A DNA stretch of 64,000 nt, taken from NCBI GenBank assembly GCA_031291995.1, contig JARLHZ010000025.1, forward strand, positions 156,266 through 220,265. The letters are read 5' to 3'. Source of the DNA: Candidatus Doudnabacteria bacterium (GTDB lineage Bacteria > Patescibacteriota > Doudnabacteria > UBA920). Below, piece after piece: positions 1-9,199 of this stretch (position 1 is the first letter of the stretch; the number at the start of each line of letters is the position of its first letter). Below the pieces are notes generated by a model. That model saw only the letters and a list, made by a program, of their open reading frames with translations. It ran no database searches and was not told the DNA's origin. The position numbers and the translations under genes are program-made.

Positions 1-466
1 TGGCCAGCTTGCCTTCCAGAATTTTATTTACTATGTCTTCCGGCTTGCCCTTTCCGCCGGAGGCGGATCCGCCTTTGGCGGAAACCTGTTCCTTGTAAAT
101 TTCCTTTTCTTTTTCCACAACTTCGGCGGGAATTTGGTCGGGGCTGACGTACAGCGGGTTTGCTCCGGCAATATGCAGGGCCAATTCCTTAGCCAGGGTT
201 TTAAAGTCCTGCGTGCGGGCCACAAAATCGGTTTCGCAGTTTATTTCGACCAAAACCCCCACGCGGCCGCCCGGATGAATATAAGCTTCCACAATGCCTT
301 CGTTGGCCACGCGGTCGGCTTTTTTACCGGCCTTGAGCGCGCCTTTTTTGCGCAAAATTTCCACGGCTTTGTCCTTGTTGTTGCCGGACTCATTAAGCGC
401 GTTTTTAATTTCCAGCATACCGGCTCCGGTTAATTCCCGGAGTTCTTTTAAGAGATCGTGTGTCAT
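1..466 (-). CDS. tsf: Elongation factor Ts (3' end runs off window)
   Basis: Manual translation from ATG at 466: [24 protein letters not shown]...[14 protein letters not shown], the EF-Ts signature; downstream of rpsB. Confidence 0.95.
   Translation of the reverse strand, partial: MTHDLLKELRELTGAGMLEIKNALNESGNNKDKAVEILRKKGALKAGKKADRVANEGIVEAYIHPGGRVGVLVEINCETDFVARTQDFKTLAKELALHIAGANPLYVSPDQIPAEVVEKEKEIYKEQVSAKGGSASGGKGKPEDIVNKILEGKLA
51..84. repeat. Palindromic repeat inserted in frame in tsf
   Basis: TTTCCGCC-GGA-GGCGGATCCGCC-TTT-GGCGGAAA; encodes [10 protein letters not shown] between KEQV and KGKPEDIV. Confidence 0.7.
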
Positions 467-481
467 AAATATTTTACTGTA

Positions 482-565
482 GTTTACGAAGTACGAAGTT
501 TTACGAACTTACGAAGTTTTAGTGCACAAACTTTCGTAAGTTCGTACCCGTTCGTACTTCGTAAA
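482..565. repeat. TACGAA-unit inverted-repeat element, copy 1 (rpsB-tsf intergenic)
   Basis: Left arm of TACGAA units, right arm of TTCGTA units; first 37 bp identical to 3220-3256. Confidence 0.85.
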
Positions 566-584
566 ATCTCGTAATATCGTTTAA

Positions 585-1325
585 TTATTTGGTTTCAATG
601 ACTTTCTCGGCCACTTTGTCTACGGCCTTTATTGTCGGCACCGTTTGCCGGCCTTCAATAACGGCCCCGGAAATGACCGAACACATAAGTTCAATAACTT
701 TGGTGGCGTCGTCGTTGCTGGGAATAACGTAATCTATGCCGGCGGGGCTGCAATTGGTGTCCACCAAGCCGATAATTTTGACTTTGCTTTTCTGGCTTTC
801 CTTAACGGCAATGTCGTCGTGCTTGACGTCTGTAATAAACACGGCGTCGGGCAGCTTTTTAAGGTTTTGAATGCCTTCAAAAAGTTTTTTCAGCTTTTCG
901 ATTTCGCGCTCAACCATTAAACGTTCCTTTTTGGTGTAGCGGCTTTCCAGTTCCCCGGACGCTTTCATGCTTTCCAGTTTTTCCATTTTGCGGATGGTCC
1001 GCTGAATGGTCTTAAAGTTGGTAAAGGTGCCGCCGAGCCAGCGGACGTTTACATAGGGCATGGAGCAGGCCACGGCGGCCTGTTTAAGGATTTCCTTGCT
1101 TTGGCGCTTGGTGCCCACGAATAAAATCGTACCGCCCTTGCCGGCGAGTTCCTTGGCGAATTTAGCCGCTTCCATTAAGCCCTTTTTAGTCTGCTCCAAA
1201 TCCAAAATATGGATGTCGTTGCGCGACGTAAAAATATAGGGCTTCATTTTGGGGTTCCACCGCGAGGTGGTATGCCCAAAATGCGCGCCGCTTTTGAGCA
1301 ACTCCAATAAACTGACGTCTCTCAT
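585..1325 (-). CDS. rpsB: 30S ribosomal protein S2
   Basis: GAHFGH..RWNPKM, RWLGGTFTNF, VIPSNDD motifs. Confidence 0.98.
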   Translation of the reverse strand: MRDVSLLELLKSGAHFGHTTSRWNPKMKPYIFTSRNDIHILDLEQTKKGLMEAAKFAKELAGKGGTILFVGTKRQSKEILKQAAVACSMPYVNVRWLGGTFTNFKTIQRTIRKMEKLESMKASGELESRYTKKERLMVEREIEKLKKLFEGIQNLKKLPDAVFITDVKHDDIAVKESQKSKVKIIGLVDTNCSPAGIDYVIPSNDDATKVIELMCSVISGAVIEGRQTVPTIKAVDKVAEKVIETK

Positions 1326-1651
1326 GATCTTAACCTTTCTCCCGGTACCAGTCGTCGCAATAAGTTGCGGCTCCGGTACGGGACATGCTTCTACCCCGCG
1401 GGATTCTGATATTAAGCCCTCAGGCTTATCAGAACAGGAAGAATTTCCCCGCGCCCGAAAATGGCGCAGAGTATGCGGGATATGCTTGATTAGTTTATAA
1501 CCCGCTAATTATAGCAGGACTTGACGAAATTGGCAAGAGAAGGTACAATGAATTGACATAATTTAAATAATTGACAAAATTGACAAAAATATCGTGCAGC
1601 AAATTTTGCTCATTTATGTCAATTTTACTTAATTTTTCTCAATAAATTATT

Positions 1652-1912
1652 ATGAAACCCAACATTCACCCCCAATTTTACACCAGCGCCGTTGTGACCT
1701 GTGCTTGCGGCAATAGTTTTACAACCGGATCTACGGTTGAAAAACTGCATACCGAAGTTTGCAGCCAATGCCACCCGTTTTATACCGGCAAGCAAAAACT
1801 GCTCGACACCATGGGCCGCGTAGACAAGTTCAAGCGCAGCATTACCGCCGCAACCAGCATCAAAGCAACCATCAAACCCAAAAAAGAACGCAAAGCCAGA
1901 GCCAAGAAGTAA
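1652..1912 (+). CDS. rpmE: 50S ribosomal protein L31 (Zn-binding type)
   Basis: [23 protein letters not shown]. Confidence 0.97.
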   Translation: MKPNIHPQFYTSAVVTCACGNSFTTGSTVEKLHTEVCSQCHPFYTGKQKLLDTMGRVDKFKRSITAATSIKATIKPKKERKARAKK

Positions 1913-2021
1913 CAATAACCATAACAATAACCATAACCGCTCCAGTTGGCGCGGTTTTGTGTTAGAATATTGTTAGTGAAAAGAGATATGAGAATAGCGA
2001 ATAGGATAATACCTTAGCAGT

Positions 2022-2134
2022 GTGTCATTCCGGGCAGTAGCAGCCGAGTCGAGGAATCCCTTAAATTAATTAACTATCGAATGTTAAGGGATCCCTCCAC
2101 TCCCTCAGATGCATTCGGTCGGTCGGGATGACAC
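2022..2134. repeat. GTCATCCCG/GGGATC palindromic element, gene-less copy upstream of prfA
   Basis: Termini GTGTCATTCCG...CGGGATGACAC; internal GCAGCCGAGTCGAGGAATCCCT and TAAGGGATCCCTCC match the flanks of the GIY-YIG gene at 13651. Confidence 0.85.
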
Positions 2135-2144
2135 GAGGAATTAT

Positions 2145-3215
2145 ATGGAAGTTGGATTTAAAAAGATTTTGGACGAGTACGACTCTATTACCACCGAAAT
2201 GTCTTCCGGCGGGTCTTTTGACATGCAGAAGCTGGGCAAAAGGCAGGCTGAGCTGGCGCCTATTGTCGGGAGAATTAGCGAACTGGAAAAATTGGAGAAA
2301 GAGCTGGCCGAGAACCAAAAGCTATTAAGTGACAGTGATCCGGAAATAAAATCTATGGCCCTGGATGAGGGGCGGCGTTTGGAGTCGCGAGTCCTTGATT
2401 TGAAATCCGAGGTTGAAGAAGCCCTTTTGCCTAAAGACGCTAACGATAATAAAAATGTCATTGTGGAAATCCGCGCCGGGGCCGGCGGGGACGAAGCGAC
2501 ATTATTTGTTGCTGAGATGTTTAGGGCTTACGGAAAATTTGCCGAAGAGCTGGGGTTTACGCCGCACATCGTGTCGTCTTCCAAGTCAGACGCCGGCGGG
2601 TTTAAGGAGGTTATCTTTGAAATCCATGGCAGAGTCTCGGCGCAAAAGCACCCTTATCAGATGTTTAAATATGAATCCGGTGTTCACCGGGTGCAAAGAG
2701 TTCCGGAAACGGAAAAAAGCGGACGCGTGCATACCTCCACAGTCACGGTGGCGGTTTTGCCGATTTTAGAAGAGAAAGATTATGCCATTGCCGATAAAGA
2801 TTTAAAAATAGAAGCGACAACTTCGTCCGGACACGGCGGACAGTCGGTAAACACTACATATAGCGCCGTAAGGATCCTTCATATCCCTACCGGTATTACG
2901 GCCCAGTGCCAGGACGAGCGCAGTTTTATGCAAAACAAGGAAAAAGCCCTGGAAGTCATCCGCGCTCGCGTGGCTCAGCATTACGAAGACATCGAGAACA
3001 AAAAAGTTCGTGATCTGACAAAATCACAAATCGGTACCGGCGACCGTTCCGAAAAAATCCGCACCTATAATTTCCCCCAGGACCGCGTAACCGACCATCG
3101 GATTAACCAAAACTTCAACCAGATAAACCTTATAATGGAAGGCAAACTCTCCCAAATTTCTGAAGCTTTGCAAAAGGCAGACTTGGAAATGAAGAAGGAA
3201 GCATTAAAGAAATAA
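2145..3215 (+). CDS. prfA: Peptide chain release factor 1
   Basis: EIRAGAGGDEA, VHRVQRVPET (PxT), GGQ, RSEKIRTYNFPQ; start moved to ATG 2145 because the upstream extension lies in a repeat. Confidence 0.97.
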   Translation: MEVGFKKILDEYDSITTEMSSGGSFDMQKLGKRQAELAPIVGRISELEKLEKELAENQKLLSDSDPEIKSMALDEGRRLESRVLDLKSEVEEALLPKDANDNKNVIVEIRAGAGGDEATLFVAEMFRAYGKFAEELGFTPHIVSSSKSDAGGFKEVIFEIHGRVSAQKHPYQMFKYESGVHRVQRVPETEKSGRVHTSTVTVAVLPILEEKDYAIADKDLKIEATTSSGHGGQSVNTTYSAVRILHIPTGITAQCQDERSFMQNKEKALEVIRARVAQHYEDIENKKVRDLTKSQIGTGDRSEKIRTYNFPQDRVTDHRINQNFNQINLIMEGKLSQISEALQKADLEMKKEALKK

Positions 3216-3219
3216 TTAG

Positions 3220-3287
3220 GTTTACGAAGTACGAAGTTTTACGAACTTACGAAGTTCGTAAGTTCGTATTTGTTCGTACTTCGTAAA
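3220..3287. repeat. TACGAA-unit inverted-repeat element, copy 2 (prfA-prmC intergenic)
   Basis: Same arms as 482-565 with the central spacer collapsed. Confidence 0.85.
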
Positions 3288-3291
3288 ATAT

Positions 3292-4203
3292 ATGCGCATA
3301 AACGAAGCGCTAAAAAAGTATCATAAAATCGAAATAGAACTCCTGCTGGCGCATGTGTTAAGAAAGCCTAGGGAGTTCGTTTTTATGAATGCGGGGGTTA
3401 GCTTGCCAGCTATTCAGCTAATCAGGCTATCAGCCTTGGCAAGGCGCAGGCAAAAGGGCGAGCCGCTGGCTTATATTTTGGGTTATAAGGATTTTTACGG
3501 AATGCGGTTTAAGGTCAATCGCTACGTGCTAATCCCCCGCCCGGAGACGGAAATAATTGTGGACCGGGTTATAAATGTAGTGCAGGCCCGTGGCCTGCCC
3601 TCCAGTAATAAAAAGCAGGGCAAGGCCCTGCACTACAAGCCCCCGGTGAGAATTCTCGACATCGGCACCGGCAGTGGCTGCATAGCTGTTTCGCTGGCGA
3701 AACAATTTCAAATTTCAAATATCAAATTTCAAATTACAGCGTCCGATAATTCACAAGACGCACTTAACGTGGCCAAACAAAACGCTAGAATACTTTTGGG
3801 CAAAAAGTCCAATAGTATAAACTATGCTACTTTTTCCAAAATTAAATTTGTACAAAGCGATTTGCTAACGAATATTCAAAATCGCTTTGATATAATCGTG
3901 GCCAATCTCCCCTACGGCTGGAACGAGTGGAAGAATAATACTTCAGCCGACAGCGCCGGCTTGAAATTTGAGCCAAGCCAGGCTTTGTATACAGCCGATC
4001 ATGGTCTCTATCAGATAAAACGATTATTAATGCAAATCTCTGCTAGGCAAATCAAACCCAAGCTGGTTTATTTGGAATTTGACCCGCGCCAAAAAAAGGA
4101 ATTATCATTTGCAATAAAAAAAATCCTGCCTTCCGCAGAACTTAATTTTTTCAAAGATTATGCCGGCCTGTGGCGCTACGCGGAAATTAAATTCGCATCG
4201 TAA
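3292..4203 (+). CDS. prmC: Release factor glutamine methyltransferase PrmC/HemK
   Basis: GEPLAYILG, VLIPRPETE, LDIGTGSGCIA, ANLPY; follows prfA. Confidence 0.95.
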   Translation: MRINEALKKYHKIEIELLLAHVLRKPREFVFMNAGVSLPAIQLIRLSALARRRQKGEPLAYILGYKDFYGMRFKVNRYVLIPRPETEIIVDRVINVVQARGLPSSNKKQGKALHYKPPVRILDIGTGSGCIAVSLAKQFQISNIKFQITASDNSQDALNVAKQNARILLGKKSNSINYATFSKIKFVQSDLLTNIQNRFDIIVANLPYGWNEWKNNTSADSAGLKFEPSQALYTADHGLYQIKRLLMQISARQIKPKLVYLEFDPRQKKELSFAIKKILPSAELNFFKDYAGLWRYAEIKFAS

Positions 4204-4209
4204 AAATGG

Positions 4210-4255
4210 ATTTTGGTAGACAAAACGTGCGGCCGCACGTTTTGTCTACCAAAAT
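4210..4255. repeat. Perfect 46 bp palindrome between convergent genes (probable bidirectional terminator, REP-like)
   Basis: ATTTTGGTAGACAAAACGTGCGG|CCGCACGTTTTGTCTACCAAAAT. Confidence 0.85.
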
Positions 4256-5193
4256 TATCGGGGACGCGTTAGTTTTGCTGGGGTGGTGGTGGAAGATTCT
4301 GTCCTGTGAAGAAGAACATCTTCAAATCTCCGCAAAGTCTCGGCTCCATGCACGCGGACGCGCGGGATGCGCATCAAATCGTCCAGGTTTACAATATCCC
4401 CTTCGTGAACCGTTATGCCCATAACGTATCCGGCCTTTTTGGCTTCGACAATGTAAGTTGGGGTGTAATGCCCGTACGGGTATATTAATATGTTTGTCGT
4501 TATGTCCAAGCGGTTTTTAATGTCGGCCATGGATCCGCTAAGTTCCCCATAAATATATCCGGCTGTATATTTTGGGTTAGAACCGTCAAAATGTGTTTGG
4601 GTGTGGGAAACAACTTCTTCGCCATTCATATAAGCTGCTGCGATGTCGCCCCACGGAGCATAAAAATTAAGTCCGGCCGAGGTGCCGGGTTTTTTGGTAA
4701 TAATGCCGAAGCTGCCGCTGAAACCGTACTTTTTTAAAATCGGTACCGCGTTTTGGAATACGTCTTCGTAACCGTCGTCAAAAGTAAACACAACCGGTTT
4801 TTTGGGCAATACAAATTTGCCCAAACTGGCCAGGTAGATATCGTTCAAACTGACGCTTTGGTACCCGTTTTCCTTTAGCCATTTGGCCTGCGCCTCAAAC
4901 GAGACTGAGCGTACGGTTAAATCGGCCTGAATTTTGTCCGCGCCCGCAGGCAGGCTACCTACGTGGTGATACATTAATATTGGCAGAGCTATCGCGCGGC
5001 CTTTTTGCACGGCTTCGGGCGGTACGGCCAAAGGTTGGAAGTCCCCGGATTTGCTGATGTTTACGGCATCCAGGGAATTTGCTTTCGCCGCGGCCGGTTT
5101 TTTGGAGTAATAAAAATACGCGGCGCCGAAAATCGATGCCACAGCCAGTAACATAGCAATGCCTAAAAAATAAATTTTATTTCCGCGGCTCAT
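4255..5193 (-). CDS. Membrane-anchored polysaccharide deacetylase (NodB/CE4)
   Basis: N-terminal TM helix, PILMYHHV, TFDDGY, SHTQTH, YPYG. Confidence 0.9.
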   Translation of the reverse strand: MSRGNKIYFLGIAMLLAVASIFGAAYFYYSKKPAAAKANSLDAVNISKSGDFQPLAVPPEAVQKGRAIALPILMYHHVGSLPAGADKIQADLTVRSVSFEAQAKWLKENGYQSVSLNDIYLASLGKFVLPKKPVVFTFDDGYEDVFQNAVPILKKYGFSGSFGIITKKPGTSAGLNFYAPWGDIAAAYMNGEEVVSHTQTHFDGSNPKYTAGYIYGELSGSMADIKNRLDITTNILIYPYGHYTPTYIVEAKKAGYVMGITVHEGDIVNLDDLMRIPRVRVHGAETLRRFEDVLLHRTESSTTTPAKLTRPR

Positions 5194-5226
5194 ATACGCT
5201 CAAGTATAACAACAATTATTGAAAAC

Positions 5227-5257
5227 AAAATCCCGATCCGTCGCGGACCGGGATTTT
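5227..5257 (-). terminator. Intrinsic terminator after rplY
   Basis: AAAATCCCG..CGGGATTTT hairpin with T-rich tail on the minus strand. Confidence 0.65.
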
Positions 5258-5276
5258 AAAGTTAAAAAGTCTTAAA

Positions 5277-5987
5277 TTACTTTTTGTCTTCCCCGGATTT
5301 AGCCGGTTTGTCTTCTTTGGCGGCTTTGTCCCCGGAGGCGGCCGGCGTGGCGGCATCGGGTTTAATTTCCGCGGCACCTTCAACTTTGCTGACATCTTCC
5401 ACAACCGGCGCAGCCAATTCGGCTTCAACGTCCCGCGGCGGCTGGACTTTAATCACCATTTCGTCGGCGGGCGTTAAAATCTTAACTTTGGCCGGTACCT
5501 TCAAATCCTTAACGTGCAAGTTGTCCTGCAAAGTTTTTAAACCTTCCAGCGCGACAACTATATTGTGAGGCAAGTCGGACGGCAGACATTCCACTTCAAC
5601 TTCGTTCAAAATTTTAACCAAAACTCCGCCCAAAGTTTTGACGGCCGGCGCTTCGCCCGTAAACTCCAGGGCAACCATGGCTTTTAGTTTTTGCGTCAGG
5701 CTGATTTCGTAAAAATCCACATGCGTCGGGACGCTGCTCAAATAGTGGATCTGCACGTCGTGAATCAGAACCGGATGGGTTTTCCCGTCTTCCGTAAGCA
5801 GTTCTACGATTGTGCTCTCACCGGCTTTTTTTAAAATTTTGTCAAATTCCCTGGCGTCCAAGGTCAGGTTTTGGTTGGGTACTTTATTGCCGTAAAGTAC
5901 GGCCGGCAGTTTTCCGGCCCGGCGCAGTTTTTCCGGAATTGATTTTTTTAAATCTCTGGCCGTTGACTTGATTTGGAGCTTGTCCAT
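5277..5987 (-). CDS. rplY: 50S ribosomal protein L25/Ctc
   Basis: LRRAGKLPAVLYG, HVDFY, EVECLPSDLP; start set at MDKLQ (5987). Confidence 0.95.
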   Translation of the reverse strand: MDKLQIKSTARDLKKSIPEKLRRAGKLPAVLYGNKVPNQNLTLDAREFDKILKKAGESTIVELLTEDGKTHPVLIHDVQIHYLSSVPTHVDFYEISLTQKLKAMVALEFTGEAPAVKTLGGVLVKILNEVEVECLPSDLPHNIVVALEGLKTLQDNLHVKDLKVPAKVKILTPADEMVIKVQPPRDVEAELAAPVVEDVSKVEGAAEIKPDAATPAASGDKAAKEDKPAKSGEDKK

Positions 5988-6115
5988 TGCTTTCCTTGTA
6001 TGATTTTGCCCATCCCCTTCGGCTACGCTCAGGGTACTCACAAAATCTTAATGTTTGATGATTATAACAAAAAGCCCGGATTATGTCCAGGCATGTTGGT
6101 GTATCAGTTGGTGTA

Positions 6116-6366
6116 TCAGTTCACAATCTTGAGCAGAACAAACCCGGAGGCCGGAAATACTGGCGATTTTATGCAGCGAGGATTGGAAGGCGTTGTGATA
6201 TCCGCCGAAGGCGGATGAACGAGGAGCCCCGCAGCAAATAAAATCGGCAGGATTTTCGGCCTCACTCAGGCTTGTGAACTGTTATATGTTGGTAAGGTAT
6301 CCTGTTGGTAAAGTATCAGTTCACAATCTCGAACAGGATTTCCGGCCTTACTCAGGCTCGCGAACC
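6116..6366. repeat. Long hairpin element plus an adjacent internally deleted copy
   Basis: CAGTTCACAATCT...CAGGATTTYCGGCCTYACTCAGGCTYGYGAAC occurs twice (about 6116-6282 and 6317-6366). Confidence 0.7.
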
Positions 6367-6398
6367 GTTGCTAATGAAAATATAATGAACGGTAAAGG

Positions 6399-6797
6399 CT
6401 ACTTTGTCGCGCCTTTTGTAAATCCGCTTATAAAATCTCCCTTAAAACTCCGAATAGCCTGGTGGATGCCTAAAACTTCGTTGGCTTTTATGGGGCCAAG
6501 TTTGTTGAATTTTGAGCTATCCTGCGCGGTTAAGTCCGTGACCATGCCGACAGAAAATACTTCGGGCCCGCGGATTTCGACATTGAACATCACGGAACTT
6601 TTGCACTTTTGGCAATCGGAATGTATGAGAATTCTGGCTTCATTAAACACCGTATCCTGTTCGCTTTCTAAAACTTTAGTTTTTTCCAGGTTATATTTGT
6701 GGCTGCATATCGGACAGCGCAACAAAAAGCCCAGCCATTCCATAATCTTTTTTAAATCATAATTTTTGCCGTCTCCGCCCGGTGTGTTGTTTTTCAT
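6399..6797 (-). CDS. Hypothetical zinc-ribbon protein
   Basis: CPIC and CQKC pairs; start set at MKNNT (6797). Confidence 0.7.
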   Translation of the reverse strand: MKNNTPGGDGKNYDLKKIMEWLGFLLRCPICSHKYNLEKTKVLESEQDTVFNEARILIHSDCQKCKSSVMFNVEIRGPEVFSVGMVTDLTAQDSSKFNKLGPIKANEVLGIHQAIRSFKGDFISGFTKGATK

Positions 6798-6801
6798 AGG
6801 T

Positions 6802-6930
6802 AGTAATCGCGAAAATACGAATATTTTATAATATACGAAACCGTTCACTGTCAGCTGTCTTTTCCATTAAAGATAAGCTGACAACTAACGGTTTTGTATA
6901 TTAATTTAGATTTGTATATTTGCGACTACT
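6802..6930. repeat. ~129 bp imperfect palindromic element, copy 1
   Basis: AGTAATCGCG..ATACGAA termini; homologous to 9053-9180 and 31141-31270. Confidence 0.9.
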
Positions 6931-6949
6931 ATTATGGTAGCATAATTTT

Positions 6950-8050
6950 CTAGAACCGCAAAGCTTTTGACTGCAAGCTGACATTCTGCGCCACGCCGAG
7001 GCATAATAAACTGATAACCAGGGAGCTTCCCCCGGCGCTGACAAAGGGCAAAGGAATGCCCGTTACCGGCAATAAGCCGATATTCATGCCGACGTTAATT
7101 AAAACATGGAAAAAAAAGAAAAACATGACGCCGGCGGCAATATACATGCCCAAATCGTCCTTGGCGTTTTTTAAAATTTTCATGAGCCGGTAAAGTAAAA
7201 AGAAATACAACCCCAGAAGTGTGAACAATCCCGCGAAGCCGATTTCTTCGCCGGCCGCGGAAAAAATAAAATCCGTCTGGCGTTCCGGCAGGAATTTTTG
7301 CTGGCTTTGTATGCCTTTGCCCAGTCCCCGCCCGAATAGCTCGCCCCCGCCCACCGCAATAGAAGCCTGGCGGACGTTATATCCCCGGCCTTTGGGGTCG
7401 AGCGAAGGATTCAGGAAAATCATAATCCGGTCTTTTTGGAACGGCTTTAAGTAAAATTTCCAGGCGCCGCCGCAAATTATGGCTAACGCCAGGAATAAAA
7501 TCGCCAGATATTTTTTCTTTATCCGGCTAAGAAAGATTATCCCCACCCACAAACTCAAAATGACCAGTGCGGACCCGAGATCAGGCTCGACGGCCACCAA
7601 CACGGCCGGGATAACAGCGTAAAAAAATGACCACAAAAATGTCCCGAAAGAATTAATTTCGCCGCGTTTTAAATAAAGCAGGCGCGCCAGACCCAATATA
7701 ACCGCCAGCTTAGCCAGTTCGGCCGGCTGGAAACCTAAAAAAGCGATGTTCAGCCAGCGCTTGCCGCCTTTTACCAGTGTCCCGAACACCAAAAGGTAAA
7801 CGAGAACGCCGACGCAAAAAACATAAATTATCCGGTTGAGTTTGGCCAGGCGGTGAAAATCAAAAAAACTTAAAAACAAAAAACCGACCAGGCCCACCCC
7901 CAAAAAAGCCATCTGGCGGTAAAAAAGGATTTTACTGTCCGAGGGCAGGGCGGTCGCGTAGAGGATGGCGGCTCCGGCCAGTATTAGCAGGAGCATGGCC
8001 AAAAGCAGCGGGATGTCAAGATATTTAAAGCGGTTGAAAAAATTGGTCAT
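6950..8050 (-). CDS. rodA: SEDS family peptidoglycan polymerase RodA
   Basis: GGKRWL, FQPAELAK, EPDLGSA, LPERQTDFIF, GIPLPFVSAGGSS. Confidence 0.92.
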   Translation of the reverse strand: MTNFFNRFKYLDIPLLLAMLLLILAGAAILYATALPSDSKILFYRQMAFLGVGLVGFLFLSFFDFHRLAKLNRIIYVFCVGVLVYLLVFGTLVKGGKRWLNIAFLGFQPAELAKLAVILGLARLLYLKRGEINSFGTFLWSFFYAVIPAVLVAVEPDLGSALVILSLWVGIIFLSRIKKKYLAILFLALAIICGGAWKFYLKPFQKDRIMIFLNPSLDPKGRGYNVRQASIAVGGGELFGRGLGKGIQSQQKFLPERQTDFIFSAAGEEIGFAGLFTLLGLYFFLLYRLMKILKNAKDDLGMYIAAGVMFFFFFHVLINVGMNIGLLPVTGIPLPFVSAGGSSLVISLLCLGVAQNVSLQSKALRF

Positions 8051-8117
8051 TAATCGTTATCTTTAACCCCCAATCGTTAAAGGTTAAATCCGCTTTTGAC
8101 GGAAACGATTAAGGGAG

Positions 8118-8990
8118 TTACTGTCCGGTTTTGGGGCGGCTGAGATCGGCCGCGGATGACGAACCGATTGCCGGAGCCGAAAGGTTAGTCGGATCCAGAA
8201 CGTCGGTGTCCGCCGTAACTTCCACTCGCGAAAGGTTGGGCACGGTCGCGTTGGGCCACAGTTGTTTATAGGCCCGCCGTTCAAACGGGGCGACAGTGGA
8301 TTCGACGCGAAGGCTGGAGCCGATTATTTGGCCGCTCGAATTGTATAAAATAAAAGTCAGCCTGACCTTGTTTAAAGTATAAGGGCTGTTGTTGAGAAAA
8401 TCCCCCTGGACAACGAATGCCGGCGGCGATTGCTGGTTGAAGTGTGAAGGCAACGAGGGTTCCAAATCCACCGCGGGGATTTGCAGGCGTTTTTGCCAGG
8501 GCAGATTCGGGGGCAGCGTGAGCCGCGCGGAACTGATTTGTTCATTGCTGGAAAAAGTCGGTATTGTCAAATATTTGGTCTGGTTGGGCAGTAAAAAAAA
8601 GGTGCCGGGGTAGCTGTAAACCTGCTGTCCGGCGGCGTTAAAAAAATCCAGGGTATAAGCAATATTGTCCAGCGACAAATCCAAATTGGGATTGGCGATT
8701 TTGACTACTGCCGAGAACTGTCCGGCTCCGAGCGTGTCTATGCTTGCCGGAGATATAGTTATGTTCTGCGGGGTTAAAAAACTCTGTTTGGCCGCGACCG
8801 CGCCCTGTTCGTATCTGGCAAGCCAGATTTTATAAGACGATGATTTGGCAATAAAGTAACCGGGAATGTACGTTAATATAATTAGCGCGCCTATCCAAAT
8901 AAATATAGGCGGTATTCCCGAGACGATTTTTTGCGTATCGAGTTCGGCCTCCTGTATGCCAATCTCGACTTTGTCGGTAAATAGACTCAT
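8118..8990 (-). CDS. Membrane-anchored hypothetical protein with beta-sandwich (FxLYD-like) domains
   Basis: 290 aa ORF with one N-terminal TM helix and an FILYNSSGQIIG motif. Confidence 0.7.
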   Translation of the reverse strand: MSLFTDKVEIGIQEAELDTQKIVSGIPPIFIWIGALIILTYIPGYFIAKSSSYKIWLARYEQGAVAAKQSFLTPQNITISPASIDTLGAGQFSAVVKIANPNLDLSLDNIAYTLDFFNAAGQQVYSYPGTFFLLPNQTKYLTIPTFSSNEQISSARLTLPPNLPWQKRLQIPAVDLEPSLPSHFNQQSPPAFVVQGDFLNNSPYTLNKVRLTFILYNSSGQIIGSSLRVESTVAPFERRAYKQLWPNATVPNLSRVEVTADTDVLDPTNLSAPAIGSSSAADLSRPKTGQ

Positions 8991-9052
8991 TTTGGTTGTT
9001 GTTTTGTTATAGGTTTATTATAGCAAAGATATTGGATTTTTGGTATATTTAG

Positions 9053-9180
9053 AGTAATCGCTAATATACGAATCATTTATAATATACGAAGCGGTCCACT
9101 GTAAGCCGCCTGTTCTACGAAGTAATGCCTACAACTGACGGCTTCGTATATTAATTTTGATTCGTATATTCGCGATTACT
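9053..9180. repeat. ~129 bp imperfect palindromic element, copy 2
   Basis: AGTAATCGCTAATATACGAATC...GATTCGTATATTCGCGATTACT. Confidence 0.9.
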
Positions 9181-9199
9181 ATCGTGATTGCAAAAAACT

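Noticed and set aside
1910-1938. TAACAA/TAACCA hexamer run after the rpmE stop
   Set aside because: Short microsatellite before a terminator; no spacers and no other copy seen.
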